In this document: piece after piece, positions 24,076-36,112 of the stretch
Layout of the letters: every line of letters starts with the position of its first letter
Numbering within the stretch: position 1 is the first letter of the stretch
Assembly: GCA_030390025.1 (NCBI GenBank)
Contig: CM059433.1
Location: forward strand, 31,374,001-31,438,000
Direction of reading: 5' to 3'
DNA from: Squalus acanthias
Lineage: Eukaryota
Length of the DNA stretch: 64,000 bases
The notes under the pieces: generated by a model
The model's input: the letters and a program-made list of their open reading frames with translations, nothing else
The model's database searches: none
Told to the model about the DNA's origin: nothing
Position numbers and translations under genes: made by a program

Positions 24076-26266
24076 GGGCTAGAAATTCGTGGCCTTCGCG
24101 CCACTCCGTAGCGCCATTAAATGGCGCTAAAATGGCAGCCGCTGCTCTTTCGGCAGCGGCTGGTGGTTCCCATGGCGGCTGCCATTTTCGTTCTTACCTC
24201 TGCGCAGCCGGTAACTGGCAGCGCCATGCCGGACAAAGTGGTGGCATTGTGACGTATATCGGCTTGCAAAGCTGACTTTACGTCACAAGCGCGAACTTTG
24301 ACCCTAGCGCTGAATTCAGCGCTGGGTCTTAAGCATGCCAGGTTAACCTGGCGTGCAAGCAGGCTGACAGTAGCGATGGCGGGACCTCTTCGAGGGACAC
24401 ACACATTATTCAGGTAAGTTTGGATTTAAGCTTTTGGACTGTTTTTTTTTATTTTATTGAAGTGGTGGCTTGCTGCAATAGATGTGAAAAGTTTTTTAAG
24501 TGTGTAGGGAGTGCCTCTGGATGTTTGTAAGGGCTCGGATGGTAAAGGAAGGCCTTTGGGAAGACAGAACATGCTGCAAATACACAACAGGTCACGCAAC
24601 ATCCATGGAGAGAAAAACAGAGTTCACGTCTCAGGTCAAGATGCTGCTGGACCAGCTGCGTATTTCCAGCATTTTATGCTGTCATTTCATATTTACAGCA
24701 TCTACTTGCAGAGGGAAGAGGAAGACACAGAAGAGGAGGAAGCAGACGGAAGGACGCATCCCAGACAGCCCCTTTGTGGCCAGGATATCCGGGATGGAAT
24801 CATCTGCCTGCGGTCCCAGTGACCACAACCCCAATTCCCCTTTCATCATTAGTCCCACACCTTACCTTCCCTCTGTTACTGACCATCACACGTCCTCTTG
24901 GTCACAATGCTGAAATAAAAGCCACCACAAAGCAAACCTTCCAATCCAACTTTATACATCTATCTATCCAAGGTGACATCAAGAAATCAACTCATCACCC
25001 TTATGCATTCTCTTAGTGAGTGTCTTGTGTGTGCCTTTGCCTATCCTAGTGATGTCACGCAGTGCTACCCCAGTGGCTGCAGCATGGCTGGTGGAAGGCT
25101 GCTGACTTTCAGTGGGGGACACTGCAGATGTCCTTGCTGGTTGACCTTGAGGAGCTGGTGGCTGGCAGTGTCAAATCAATCATCTTCTTCTTCTTCACTC
25201 TCCTCTCCCTCTTCTTGGTCACCCACTGGCTGGGCAGGCTGCAGTTTTTGGGTGTGTGAAATGAGGAAGGCACAAGGGTGCTGTTGTGTTGATGGGAGGG
25301 CGGGAAAGCATGAGGTGCATGCCAGAAGGAGGATAACGTATGAGGATACCAGCATCTTGTATGCTTTCAGCCCCGCTGCTGGCCAAGGGCTCAGCCATGC
25401 TCCTACCAAGAATGGCAGCACCGTCTCCTCCTAGGGGGTGAAGTGAGACTAGGAATGGGAGATGTGCCTTATGATTGGTGCAGATTGTTGGTAGGTGAAT
25501 GATTGGGGGTGGGGGTCGTGCATTAAGCAGTGTGTGAGGCTAGTGGTGCAGTTGGTAAAAGACAGCTTTTGAAGATGCATTCACTGACCTTGACTGGTGG
25601 TCTGAGGTCATGAAGCTTCTTTGGGCACTGGTGCCAGGTGGTGGGGGCAACACTGCCTCGGTGATGTACTTCCACATCGTTCTTTCTGGAGGGCCTCCAG
25701 GCCTCTGTGGGTAGAGGGCCTGTCTGACAGTGTTGAACCCCTGCACAAAGCTGGAGTGCTGCGTGCAAGACCCTGGGTGCCCCTTCCCTGGCTTGCTGAG
25801 CCATTTGTGTCAATGCTGAGGCATTTTTCCCATTTGTTGAGGTTAGGAAGGTAATTCAGCTTCAAGAGCTGAATATTCACATTTGGGACTTCTTTTTAAC
25901 GTAAGATATTTTTTAAAAGGCAGAAAGGGCTGAAAACTGCATTGTTTCACTTCATGTTATTTTGTATTGGTTCAGTGTGCATGGCCCCTTTAATTCTCAG
26001 ACCTCTTCATTACACACAATCACTTGCGAGCTCCACAGCCTCCCTTCCAGAGGCTGTAGGAAGCTGCAACACCGCACCTGGACAGGAACTTCATCTCGGA
26101 TGCCTCCAGTAACCCCACCAGGATGGTGTTGCATGGCAGGTAAGAGCTACACCAACAATCTCCATCCCCCCCAGACGAATTTTGCTCTGTTAGCGTTGCG
26201 GCCATTTCCAATGGTCGTTAGCTACAGTTGCCGGTGACTTTACTGTCTAAAACAAATTTCTCCCCC
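24076..26266. mobile_element. Degenerate Harbinger derivative
   Basis: TIRs GGGCTAGAAATT / AATTTCTCCCCC; acidic transposase tail at ~24710-24790; minus-strand Myb remnant (W.QC.K..HDL...VK|gtcagt); absent from duplicate copy 1. Confidence 0.75.
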
Positions 26267-27013
26267 ATGACCCTGAGTTTCCTCATCGTCTTCAGAACTT
26301 AGGCCCTCATTGCATCATTATTGCGCTGAAAAGATCGAGGAAATTTGTGTTTCAGCGGATTACGCCCCTTATGCACCATTATTGCACTAAATATAAATCT
26401 CTTTGATATTTTTAACAGTGTAAAATCTTATGTTCGTCAAAGCCCCTCAGGGCTCATTTGCATAGTTACACAGTTCAAATACATGGCAGTTTCCTGGGTT
26501 TACACTGTTCCAGCAATCAGCGTGACTTTACACCCCCAAAAAATCCAGTTCAAACTCGAGAAGCTGGGATTGGTCACCTTAGATCAGAGGAAGTTAAGGG
26601 CAGATTTAATAGAGGTGTTCAAAATTCTGACGGGTTTTAATAGAGTAAATAAGGCAAAACTGTTTCTATTGGCAGGAGTAACCAGAGGACATAGAATTAA
26701 GATAATTGGCAAAAGAACCAGAGGAGAGAGGGGGGAGAATTTTTTTACTCTGCGAGATGTTATGATCTGTAATGCATGGTGGTGGAAGCAGATACAATAG
26801 TAACTTTCAAAAGGGAATTGGATAAATACTTCGGAAATTAAGGGGTAAAAATTCAGTTGGTTGCGCCTCCTGTTAGCGCCTTAAGAGGGCACTAATGGGG
26901 CGCAAAGCCGCTAACGCCCGGGCGCAGCGATGTTTGCGCCGCTCGGGAACTTAACTAGACATTGTGCGGCGGCGCTAAACTTTACCGCTGCGACCACCTG
27001 CGCGCGCAGATTG

Positions 27014-27151
27014 TGACGTCATTCCATGGTGCAACGCCCTTGTGGCGCCCCGGAGCGGAAATTGAGTGGCGCCCCCTGCCTTACCGCCTGGCGCATCCAA
27101 CGACCGGAAGACTGGAACGCTATCAATCACTGTGGGGGGGCGCTATTTAAA
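27014..27151 (+). promoter_or_regulatory. Putative transposase promoter: CRE palindrome plus TATA-like box
   Basis: TGACGTCA at 27014 and TATTTAAA at 27144; same pair at 31251/31387 and 48011/48127. Confidence 0.55.
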
Positions 27152-27345
27152 GGGGGCCTCTTCCTGTCTTTTTCTGTGGTTGACATTTTTGCACCACTCG
27201 TTCTGAGAGAGAGAGAGAGATTCGGAGAGAGAGAAAGAGAGACTTCTGCATTGAGTCAACGCTTTGTGAGGTAGTTTTGCCTACTGATCCTAACTTCACT
27301 GCTACTTTGGTTGCTGTCCTTCATTACTTTGCTTGCAAAGAGACT

Positions 27346-28504
27346 ATGGGGGCTGCACTGATTGGGGGCGTCGTCCTGCTCCAGCTGAATCGGAGGACAC
27401 AGAGACGCAGAGAGAGAGTGGCAATGATGGCCAGACGGAGGAGGGCCAACAGGCGTATGTACAGGAGAGCTTACCCTCCCAGGGTATATCGTGAACAGCT
27501 CTCCTACCTTCATATGTCTGAGGAGCTGTGTTTGCGAAGGCTGCGATTCAGCAAGGAGGTGGTCACTGAGCTCTGCCACCTGCTGCAGCCAGATCTGCAG
27601 CCTCAACTGAGGTCCAGGACGTCTCTGTCGGTGGCAGTGAAGGTCACAGTGGCTCTCAACTTCTATGCTACTGGCTCATTTCAAGCTGCTGCTGGGGAAC
27701 TCGTCAATATCTCCCAGTTCGCGGTGCATTGCTGCATCCGGCAGGTCACAAATGCCCTCTTTAAAAGGAGACGAGAGTTCATCTCTTTCCCCATGACCCC
27801 AGACAAGCAGCGTGACCGCGCTCTGGGCTTTGCGAGGATAGCGGGCTTCCCCATGGTGCAGGGCGCCATTGACTGCACGCATGTGGCTTTGCGTGCTCCA
27901 CATGAGAATGCCGAGGAATTCCAGAACAGAAAGGGGTTCCATTCCTTGAATGTTCAGTTGGTCTGTGACCACAGACAGCTGATACTCGCTGTCAATGCCC
28001 ACTATCCTGGCAGCTGCCACGATGCTTTTATCCTGCGCCAGACTACTGTGGCAGAACTTTGAGGCACCGCATCAGCCAGTTGGTTGGCTTCTCGGGGACA
28101 AAGGGTATCCATTGAGCACCTGGCTGATGACACCGCTCCGTACGCCCAACACCCCTGCTGAGCTGCGGTACAATGAGAGCCATCAAGCTACCAGGAACAT
28201 CATTGAGCGCACAATCGGCGTGCTGAAGCAACGGTTCCGCTGTCTCGACCATTCTGGAGGAGCCCTGCAGTACTCGCCTGAACGAGTATCCAACTTCGTA
28301 GTTGTGTGCTGCATGTTGCATAACATGGCAATCGTCAGGACCCAGCCAATGCCACCAGGCCTTGGAGCACCACCAGAGGAGGAGGAGGAAGAGGAGGAAG
28401 AGGACGAGGAGGAGGATCATCAGCAGCACCAAGGCAGGAGGGCGGCCCACAATGGTGAAACTGCAAGGGCCGTCCGTCAACGGCTGATAGCAAGCCGCTT
28501 CTAG
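27346..28504 (+). pseudogene. Harbinger DDE transposase (HARBI1-like), one frameshift at ~28055
   Basis: ATG at 27346; [70 protein letters not shown]. Confidence 0.95.
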
Positions 28505-28816
28505 GGCCCCTGCTGTGGAAATGGCTTCTGCCATTGCTAACAACATCAATGAACCCAGCACGCAACCCCTAAGCCGGCCAAGGCACCAATAATTCCAAAC
28601 ACCAACCATGTATATTTTGAATACAGAAACTTATTTATTTTACAAACTCTGTGTGTGTCAATTCCTCATGACAAACTCATAGAAATAAACACAAAAAAAC
28701 AGTCAATAACATAACTGGTTCTCACAACCTGGAGATAATGTCCAAAACACTAAACAAAAGTTGGACCATGAACCTCGGCCTTTAATAAAAAAATGACCAG
28801 CATTTTGTCACACCTC

Positions 28817-30582
28817 CTACTTTTTGCCCTTCGAGGGTGATCTCCTTCCCTTGCACACTTCCCCCCTTCTAACCCTACTGCTCCTCCGTAATGGGACCTC
28901 AGTGGCTGCAGCAAGGCTGGTGGAAGGCTGCTGATCGTCAGACCCTGACACTGCAGATGCCCCTGAAGGACGGCCTCGACCAGTTCTGGGCCTGGAGGGC
29001 CCGGCTGCAGACTGCACCAACTCTGCATGGGCGGCAGCAGTCTGTTTCTACAGGCGGTGGCAAGTGCAGTGGTGAAGTGACAGTGTTGGCAGCAGGAATG
29101 CTGTCATTGTGAGAGAGGACAGCAACTCCCTGCTCGCCCGACACACTGGCACTCCCACGGGGCAGCACTTCAGCATCCGGAGCAATCTGCTGGAGAACAG
29201 ATTGCTGGCCTGCTGCGGCGCGGTGAGAGCCCCGGGGACATGTGAACGAACCATCGAGGTTGGCAGCAGTCTGTGCTCGCGTGGCCTCAATCTGAGTCTG
29301 CATGAGAGCAGTCAGAGATGGGATCACGGCAGCCAGTGACTGAATTGCAGCACTAAGCGTTAGTGTGGCATCCGCCTGTGCTACAGCGAAGTGCTCCACA
29401 CTCCTTGCCAGTGACTCAATGCATTCGGGCACCCTTCCCACTGCACCCATGAGCTCAATGTGCATGCCCACCGCCTGGGTGTTCATTTCTGCGATCAGCC
29501 GCTCCTCCTCTGCGTCCATTGCAGTAGGAGTCTCTGGCATACTCTCCCTCTGGGGAGGAGGCCCCCGTTCTTCCCTACCCCCATGGCGTTTCTGCAGCCC
29601 GCTGGGTCCTGGAGCTTCACCCTCATCAGACCCTTCCCCCCTGCTCCCCTCCAGGGAAGGTGTGTTCCCAGTGTGGGCATGGGCTTCCTCGGGAGAGGGT
29701 GGCACTGATGCTCCGGCTTCCTCTTCCTCCTTGGCTGCAGCTTCACTCCCAGCGGCAGCTTCAGGGCCCGTCTCCTCAGCTGGTAAATCACCATCTGAAA
29801 GCAGGGAGGTACAAGAGTGGCTTTAGCGTGAGGACAGGGTGGCAGTAAGGGAGGAATAAGTGCAGCGAGTTAGCAAGTTGGATTGAAAGTGTCAAAGGCT
29901 GGTGTTGTGAGGGACAAGTGGAAGGACAGAGGACAAAAAGGTGATGACCTTACCATTGCTGTCCAGAACGGGGTCAGCGTCTCCAGTGGCGACGGGACCG
30001 ATCACCCGGCTTGCCACAATCCTGTGGACGCGCTCCTCAAGATCGCTGAGGGGTTGCAGCTGAGGCCGCCCTCCACCTGTCCGTTGCTGCTGTCTCCGAT
30101 TATGCGCCAGCTTGGCCTGCAAGAAAAAGGACAGCATCTGAGTAAATATACAGCCATGGTCTTGCCTGATGTGCCTCCCATAGGTGAATAGCCCTTACTG
30201 TATGCAAAGTGTGGAATGTGTGTGTGTGTTTCATGAAAGGGCCATAGGTATTGATGAGTGTTGTGCATTGGGGTTTTAAGACCCTCTGGCCATAGAGTGA
30301 GGTTGAGATGGAGGGATGGAGAGGTATTGAGAAAAAGCCACTCACCCTGACGACCCGAGTGAGGTCGTTGAACTTTTTGCGGCATTGAACATGGGTCCTA
30401 GGCACCATGCTCCTGGAGAAGACGCTCTGAGCCATCTCCCTCCACACTCTTCTGTACTCGCGTGGCAAAGGCCTCCTGCCACTCTCAGGGAAGAGTATAC
30501 ATCTTCTGCGCTCCACCGCGCCAACCAGAGCATCCAAGGCCCGCTCGGTGAAGCGATGAGCTCGTTCTCTCACCCTCTCCAT
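28817..30582 (-). pseudogene. Harbinger Myb/SANT-like DNA-binding protein gene, 3 exons (30582-30346, 30116-29954, 29794-28817)
   Basis: RF...ALDALV..V..RR..LFP...W.E.A..V...R...QCRKKFNDL; GT-AG introns of phase 0 and 1 splice in frame; as written the frame stops at 28938, with a probable frameshift at ~29045 inferred from element B. Confidence 0.9.
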
Positions 30583-31571
30583 CCTTGGCAGCAAAATGGA
30601 TTCACAGGTCTCTCCAGGCCGAGATTCAAGGCTGCAATGAGCAGGGTGTGGCTGGGGAGCAAGTTGGCCCCCCCCGCTTTAAGAACTGGCCGGCGCCAGT
30701 GTGTCTGTGTTCCCTCGCTAACTGGCAGCACCTGCGCGCTGAGTTAGCGCCTCACTGCTCGGCCTTTGCGCCTTAAGACAGGTGTGCAGCGCCTGATTTA
30801 GCGCTCCACTCACCTCCCGGGGCGGTAAAAGTGAAGTTTCCAGTCAGTGGCGATAATTAGCGCCAGGCGCTAATATTTGCGTCCAGATGATATTTGCGCC
30901 CCAAACGGGGCGCGACCTAATTTTTCCCCCTAAGTATTTAATTAGGAAAAATTTGCATGGTTATGGGAAAAGAGCACGGGAGCCGGACTAATTGGAAAGC
31001 TCTTTCAAAGAGCCAGCACAGGCACGATGGGCTGAATGGCCTCCTTCAGTGCTGTATCATTCGATGATTCTGTGGGCTATAAATTGGGCTCCTTTGCGCC
31101 TCTCATTAGCGCCTCCGGGGGTGCTAACGAGGCGCAAATGGTTTTGCGACCGGGCGCGGCGATGTCGCTAAATTCTGCGGGAGTTTTGCGATGGCGGTAA
31201 GACGCTGCACCCCGATCTCCTGCGCCCCGATCTCCTGCGCCCGGAGATCGTGACGTCATTGCCGTGCACAGTGCCCCGATAGCGCCCCGGATGAAAAATT
31301 CCCTCTCGCCCCCTGCTTGTGCACCTGCCATTAACAATGATGGGCAGAGGAGGCGGCTTTCAATCGGATGTCCACTGGAGGGACGCTATTTAAAGGCGTC
31401 CACATCCAGTTTAGTTTTTGTCGGCCAATAATGCTGCGTTGTTAGTTTCACATCGGCAAAGAGGCCTTTTGACTAATTTGAGCATTTTGCATTTTAACGA
31501 GTGTTCTGGCACATAAAGGTTCTTCAGTTTCATTGAGGGGAGATTTGAAAGTGCAATATTTGGATCCTTTC

Positions 31572-33170
31572 ACGGGGGCTGTACTGGCACTGGACCTCGC
31601 CCTCCAGCGTCAACATCGGAGGCAACTGAGGCACCAAGAAAGAGTGCAAAATATGACCAGAGGTAGGAGGACCAACAGGGCTCTCAACAGGAGGCCTTAC
31701 CCACCCAGGGTATTCCGGCAGCAGTCCTCCTACATGAATTTCACTGAGGAGCAGCGTGTTAGAAGGCTCTGCTTCAGCAAGGACATGGTCACAGAGCTCT
31801 GCCACCTCCTGCAGCCAGACCTCGAGCCTCAGATCAGGACCACCACGGCTCTCAGTGGCAGTCAAGGGCACCGTTTCCCTCAATTTCTACGCCAGCGGAT
31901 CATTCCAGTGTGCGACAGATGACATAGCAACATAGAAACATAGAAACTAGGAGCAGGAGTAGGCCATTCGGCCCGTCGAGCCTGCTCCACCATTCAATAC
32001 GATCATGGCTGATCATCCAAATCCAGTACCCTGTCCCTGCTTTCTCACACAGAATCCCCATCGAGCCTGCACCGACACATATCCCACCCTATCCCCGTAA
32101 CCCCACATATTTAATTCCCCCTAACATATCCCATCCTATCCCTGTAACCCCACATATTTAATCCCCCCCTAACACTAAGGGTCAATTTATCATAGCCAAA
32201 TCAACCTAACCCGCACATCTTTGGACTGTGGGAGGAAACCGGAGCACCCGGAGGAAACCCACGCAGACACGGGGAGAATGTGCAAACTCCACACAGACAG
32301 TCACCCGAGGCCGGATTCGAACCCGGGTCCCTGGCGCTGTGAGGCACCAGTGCTAACCACTATGCCACCGTGCTGCCTCTCTAACATCTCCCAGTTTGCC
32401 GTCCATTGCTCCATCCGCCAGGTCACAGATGTTCTGTACAGAAGGAGAAGGGACTACATTTCCTTCCCCATGACCAGGGAGAAGCAGCGCGAGTGTGCAT
32501 GTGGCTTTGCCAGGATAGCTGTCTTCCCCATGGTGTTGAGCGCCATTGACTGCACCCACGTCACTTTGCGGGCACCTCATAACAATCCTAAGGTATTCCA
32601 TAACCGCAAAGGCTACCACTCTTTTAATGTGCACACGGTGAATCCTGACCATCAATGCCCGCTATCCTGGCAGCAGTCACGATGCCTTCATCCTGCGCCA
32701 GACCTATTCCAGCCACCACATCAAGCTTGCGGCTGGCTGCTCAGAGACAAGGGCTATCCGCACTCACCTAGCTCATGACTCTCCTCCGCAACCCCAACAC
32801 TCCTGGCCAGCACTCATATAATGAGAGCTATGCTGCCACCAGGAACATCATTGAGCAGACCATCAGAGTGCTCAAGCAACGGTTCTGCTGCCTTGACTGG
32901 CCTCCAGTACTCGGCTGAGTGGGTGTCGATTTTCGTCATCGTCTGCTACATGCTGCACAACTTGGCCATTATGAGGGCGCAGCCATTGCCACTAGGCATA
33001 ACTCCACTACCTCAGGAGGAGGAGGAGGAGGAGGACGAGGACGAGGACGAGGAAGAAGAGGAGCAGGAGGAACAGGAGGACAAACAGCAGCGATGGAGGA
33101 GGCAGCCACTCAATCAGCGTTCTGCAAGGTCGGTCCGTGACCACCTCATCAGAATTAGTTTCCAGTGGCC
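31572..33170 (+). pseudogene. Harbinger transposase of element B, degraded and interrupted by a SINE
   Basis: RPYPPRVFR, TELCHLLQPDL, AIDCTH, NRKGYHS.NV, DKGYP, acidic tail; frameshifts; start codon reads ACG. Confidence 0.9.
31934..32382 (-). mobile_element. HE1-like V-SINE with a CR1-derived 3' tail
   Basis: Minus-strand A box TGGCATAGTGG and B box GGTTCGAATCC, V-domain GTGGAGTTTGCACATTCTCCCCGTGTCTGCGTGGGTTTCCTCC, CR1 tail; TSD AACAT. Confidence 0.9.
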
Positions 33171-33322
33171 TCTTTCCAGTTGCTGAGCACGTTGCCATCA
33201 TTCCATCACTTTGTGATTCCATACCACACCCCAGAACTGAAATCAGACACAGCACCAAATCTGCAACATTCCAGTAATAAATTTATCAAATTCCATTAAC
33301 CACATATATACAACAATATTGA

Positions 33323-35233
33323 CTACTCACCCTTGTGCAAACCCTTGCCATCCCTCTTTACAGTCCCCTTTCCTAAACTAGTGCTTCTACATAGTGTCTC
33401 CCCAATGGCTGCAGCAGGGCTGGTGGAAGGCTGCTGAGTGTTGGTGCCAGAGACTACAGATGGCCTTGCAGGATGCCCTCGAGCAGCTCTGGGCCTGGAA
33501 GGCCCGGCTGTACACTGCACCACCTCAGGCTGGGCGGCGGCAGTCTGGGCTGGCTGGATGACAGACAGCAACAAGTGCAGTGGCAGAGTGGCAGTGGTGA
33601 GATCAGGAATGCTGTCATCCTGAGAGAGGACAGCAGGTTCCTACTCCACTGACCCACTGCCACTCCCCTGGGGCAGCACCTCAGCATCCCTAGCAATCTG
33701 CTGGAGCACAGATTGCTGGCCTGCTGCGACACCGTGAGATCCCCGGTGGACTGTGGTGGACCCAGCGATGATGGCAGCAGTCAGAGCTTTCGTGGCATCA
33801 AGCTGAGAATGCAGAAGAACAGCCTGAGACTCGATGGCAGCAACCATTCACAGCATTACAGCACTAAGACGTTGCATCATTTCTGCCTGTGCTGCAATGG
33901 AAGCTGCCACATCGCCTGTGACACACGGCATGAGGTCTGGATTCGCATGGTCTCTCTGCAAGTCCACTATCCTCTGCACAGTGGAAATGATGGGCTCCAT
34001 GGTGTGCGCAGAGCTCTGTGCAATGTTAGAGGTGGACTCCTCCACGCTCCTTACCATTGCCGACAGGCTCTTGGGCACCCTTGCCATTGCACCTATCATC
34101 TCGGTGTGCATGCCCATCATCCTTCCTGTGAACGCCTCCCCAACGAGGTCCTCATCTGAGTCTTGGGCAGCAGAACACGCGTGTGAATTCGCCCTCTTGA
34201 GTGCTGGCCCCCGAGTTACCCTTTCCCCCTGGCCTTGCTGCAGCCCGTTCGTCCCCGGTGCATCACCCAGTGCAGACCCCTCTTCTAAACTGGTCTCTAA
34301 AGATTTCTATAGTGCCAGTATCTGAGGTGGTGCCTGCGGGTGAGAGATGCAGTGACGCAGTGCTTTGCTCCTCCTCCTCTTCTCCTTCCTCACTCTCAGT
34401 GGGGGGCTCAGGGATAGGCTGGTCATCTGGTTGCTGATTATCTGAAAGCATAAAGGCACAAGACTCGCATTAAAATGAGGGCAGGGGGGGCAGGAATGGA
34501 GCAAGAAATGCTGACATTCTTAGGAGGTGAAAAGTGAGAAAGGTTTGTGGTGTGAGGGGGAAGTGGGATGAGAGAAGGAGAGGGGCTGAAGATACGGTTT
34601 TTGCCCCCAACGAGGTTGAGATCGCTGACGGCCACAGCGCCCACCACCTGCTGCCAATGAGTCGCAGCATTTGCTCCTCAAGGTCTGAGAGCTGCTGAAA
34701 CTGCGCATCACCCCCGCCTGTTCTCTGCTGCTCCCTCCTATTGTGGGCCATCTTGGCCTGCAAGAGAAACAAATGTGTTTCAGCCAGAGTCCAGCTATGT
34801 GTTTGGGAGATATGCTTGCCGTCGTTGAATAGCTATGATTGTAGGCAAGGCGTGAGATGTGGATGTGAGTTTGATTAGGTGAAGATGTTTGGTGGGTGAG
34901 TGATGGTGGTGTGCTTCTTTGTGCTGTGTGTACAGACTGAGGTTCAGATGCTGGTATGTAGGAGTTGTTGAAGCATGTACTCACCCTGACCACCCGACTG
35001 AGGTTGTTAAATTTCTTGCGGCACTGTGTCAGGCTGTGTTCCACCACACTACAGGCAGAGACCTCCTGGGCCACTTCCCTCCACATTGCCCTGAACACCT
35101 GAGGTGATGGCCTCCTTCCAGTGTCCGGGAACAGCATTGCCCTCCTTTGCTCCACTCCAGCCACCAATGCCTCCAATGCCAGGTCTGTGAACCGACGAGC
35201 TCTCTCCCTGGGAGTGGGAACAGCCATAGCCAT
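33323..35233 (-). pseudogene. Myb/SANT-like gene of element B (exon 1 35233-34985, exon 2 from 34757, exon 3 from ~34440)
   Basis: RFTDLALEALV...QCRKKFNNLSRVVR|gtgagt; cag|AKMAHNRREQQRTGGG; frameshifts downstream. Confidence 0.85.
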
Positions 35234-35689
35234 CAGGGGATTCACTTGTTCGCAGGTCGCCTCAAAGCCAGCAATGATGAAAATGAGCATTTGCACAATG
35301 ATGCAACCTTCCCTTTAAGAGCTGGAAGGAACCAGTGTGCAGGATCATTGCTGAATGCATTGCACCTGAAATTCATTAGTGCTCTGCTGGTAGTGCCCCT
35401 GTAGCGCCCCACTGAGGTCATTAGTGCTTGATTTAGCGCCCCACTTCCTTCCTGGGGCACTAACACCCAATTTAGTAGAAGTTCAGAATCCTTAGCGCCT
35501 GGCGCTTAATTTTCAAAATTTCAAAAGTTAGCGCCCCAAACGGGGCGATATCCAATTTGACCCCCTATGAATTCAGAAATGCCACTTCTCTTCCAGAAAT
35601 ACCCACCTTGAAGAAGTTCTACTCTTCTCTCCGACAGGATTTCTGATTTTCTCTTTTACCTTGTTCACCTTCATTGCTTTCTGTTTCCC

Positions 35690-36078
35690 TTCTCGTGTTT
35701 GCTTTCTTCCCCTCCACCATTTCCCTACCTCTGTACTTTCTTAAAACCTGTTATATCTCTAACTTTTTCCAAATTTGATGAAAGCTCATCGACCTGAAAC
35801 ATTGGGCTGGATTTTGTCTTGGGGTCGGGTTGGGGGTCGTGTTACCCGCATTTCGTGTTGTCCCCCCGACTCCAGATTAATGTGGATGAATGATGCAATT
35901 TTCACTTAATTGGGCAATTGAGTTCCAGCATGTGGGAACCCATGAACCAATTAGTGGTTTCAGTGGGAAAGTCGCCTCTGATGATGTCATCATTGCAGGT
36001 CAGAGACTGCCTGCCTGGTCTCAGAGACTGCCTGGCCTTTGCTGTGAGTGGACCTGGATGCAAAATGAGCAGCAGCTC

Positions 36079-36112
<34 letters not shown>

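Larger units (their letters stand above)
26842..30930 (+). mobile_element. Full-length PIF/Harbinger DNA transposon A (4089 bp)
   Basis: TIRs GGGGTAAAAATT / AATTTTTCCCCC, TSD TAA/TAA, two convergent genes. Confidence 0.95.
31074..35565 (+). mobile_element. Full-length PIF/Harbinger DNA transposon B (older, different family)
   Basis: TIRs GGGCTATAAATTGG / CCAATTTGACCCCC, flanks TGT/TAT; same convergent two-gene layout. Confidence 0.9.
21015..35586. repeat. Segmental duplication, copy 2, expanded by four Harbinger insertions
   Basis: See copy 1; colinear once 21169-22384, 24076-26266, 26842-30930 and 31074-35565 are removed. Confidence 0.88.

Noticed and set aside
24608..24680. Minus-strand hammerhead
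   Set aside because: A short rearranged Penelope repeat scrap lacking the CTGATGA box; not a ribozyme.
27346..28504. Domesticated host gene HARBI1 (and NAIF1 for the partner)
   Set aside because: Enclosed by TIRs and a TSD, frameshifted, absent from the duplicate copy and accompanied by MITEs, so it is a transposon copy.
28043..29826. Long antisense ORFs over the Harbinger genes
   Set aside because: Shadow frames of GC-rich coding sequence with no recognisable motifs.
32300..32377. tRNA gene
   Set aside because: The A/B boxes are the head of an HE1-like SINE continuing into the V domain; the same applies to 42957 and 61240.
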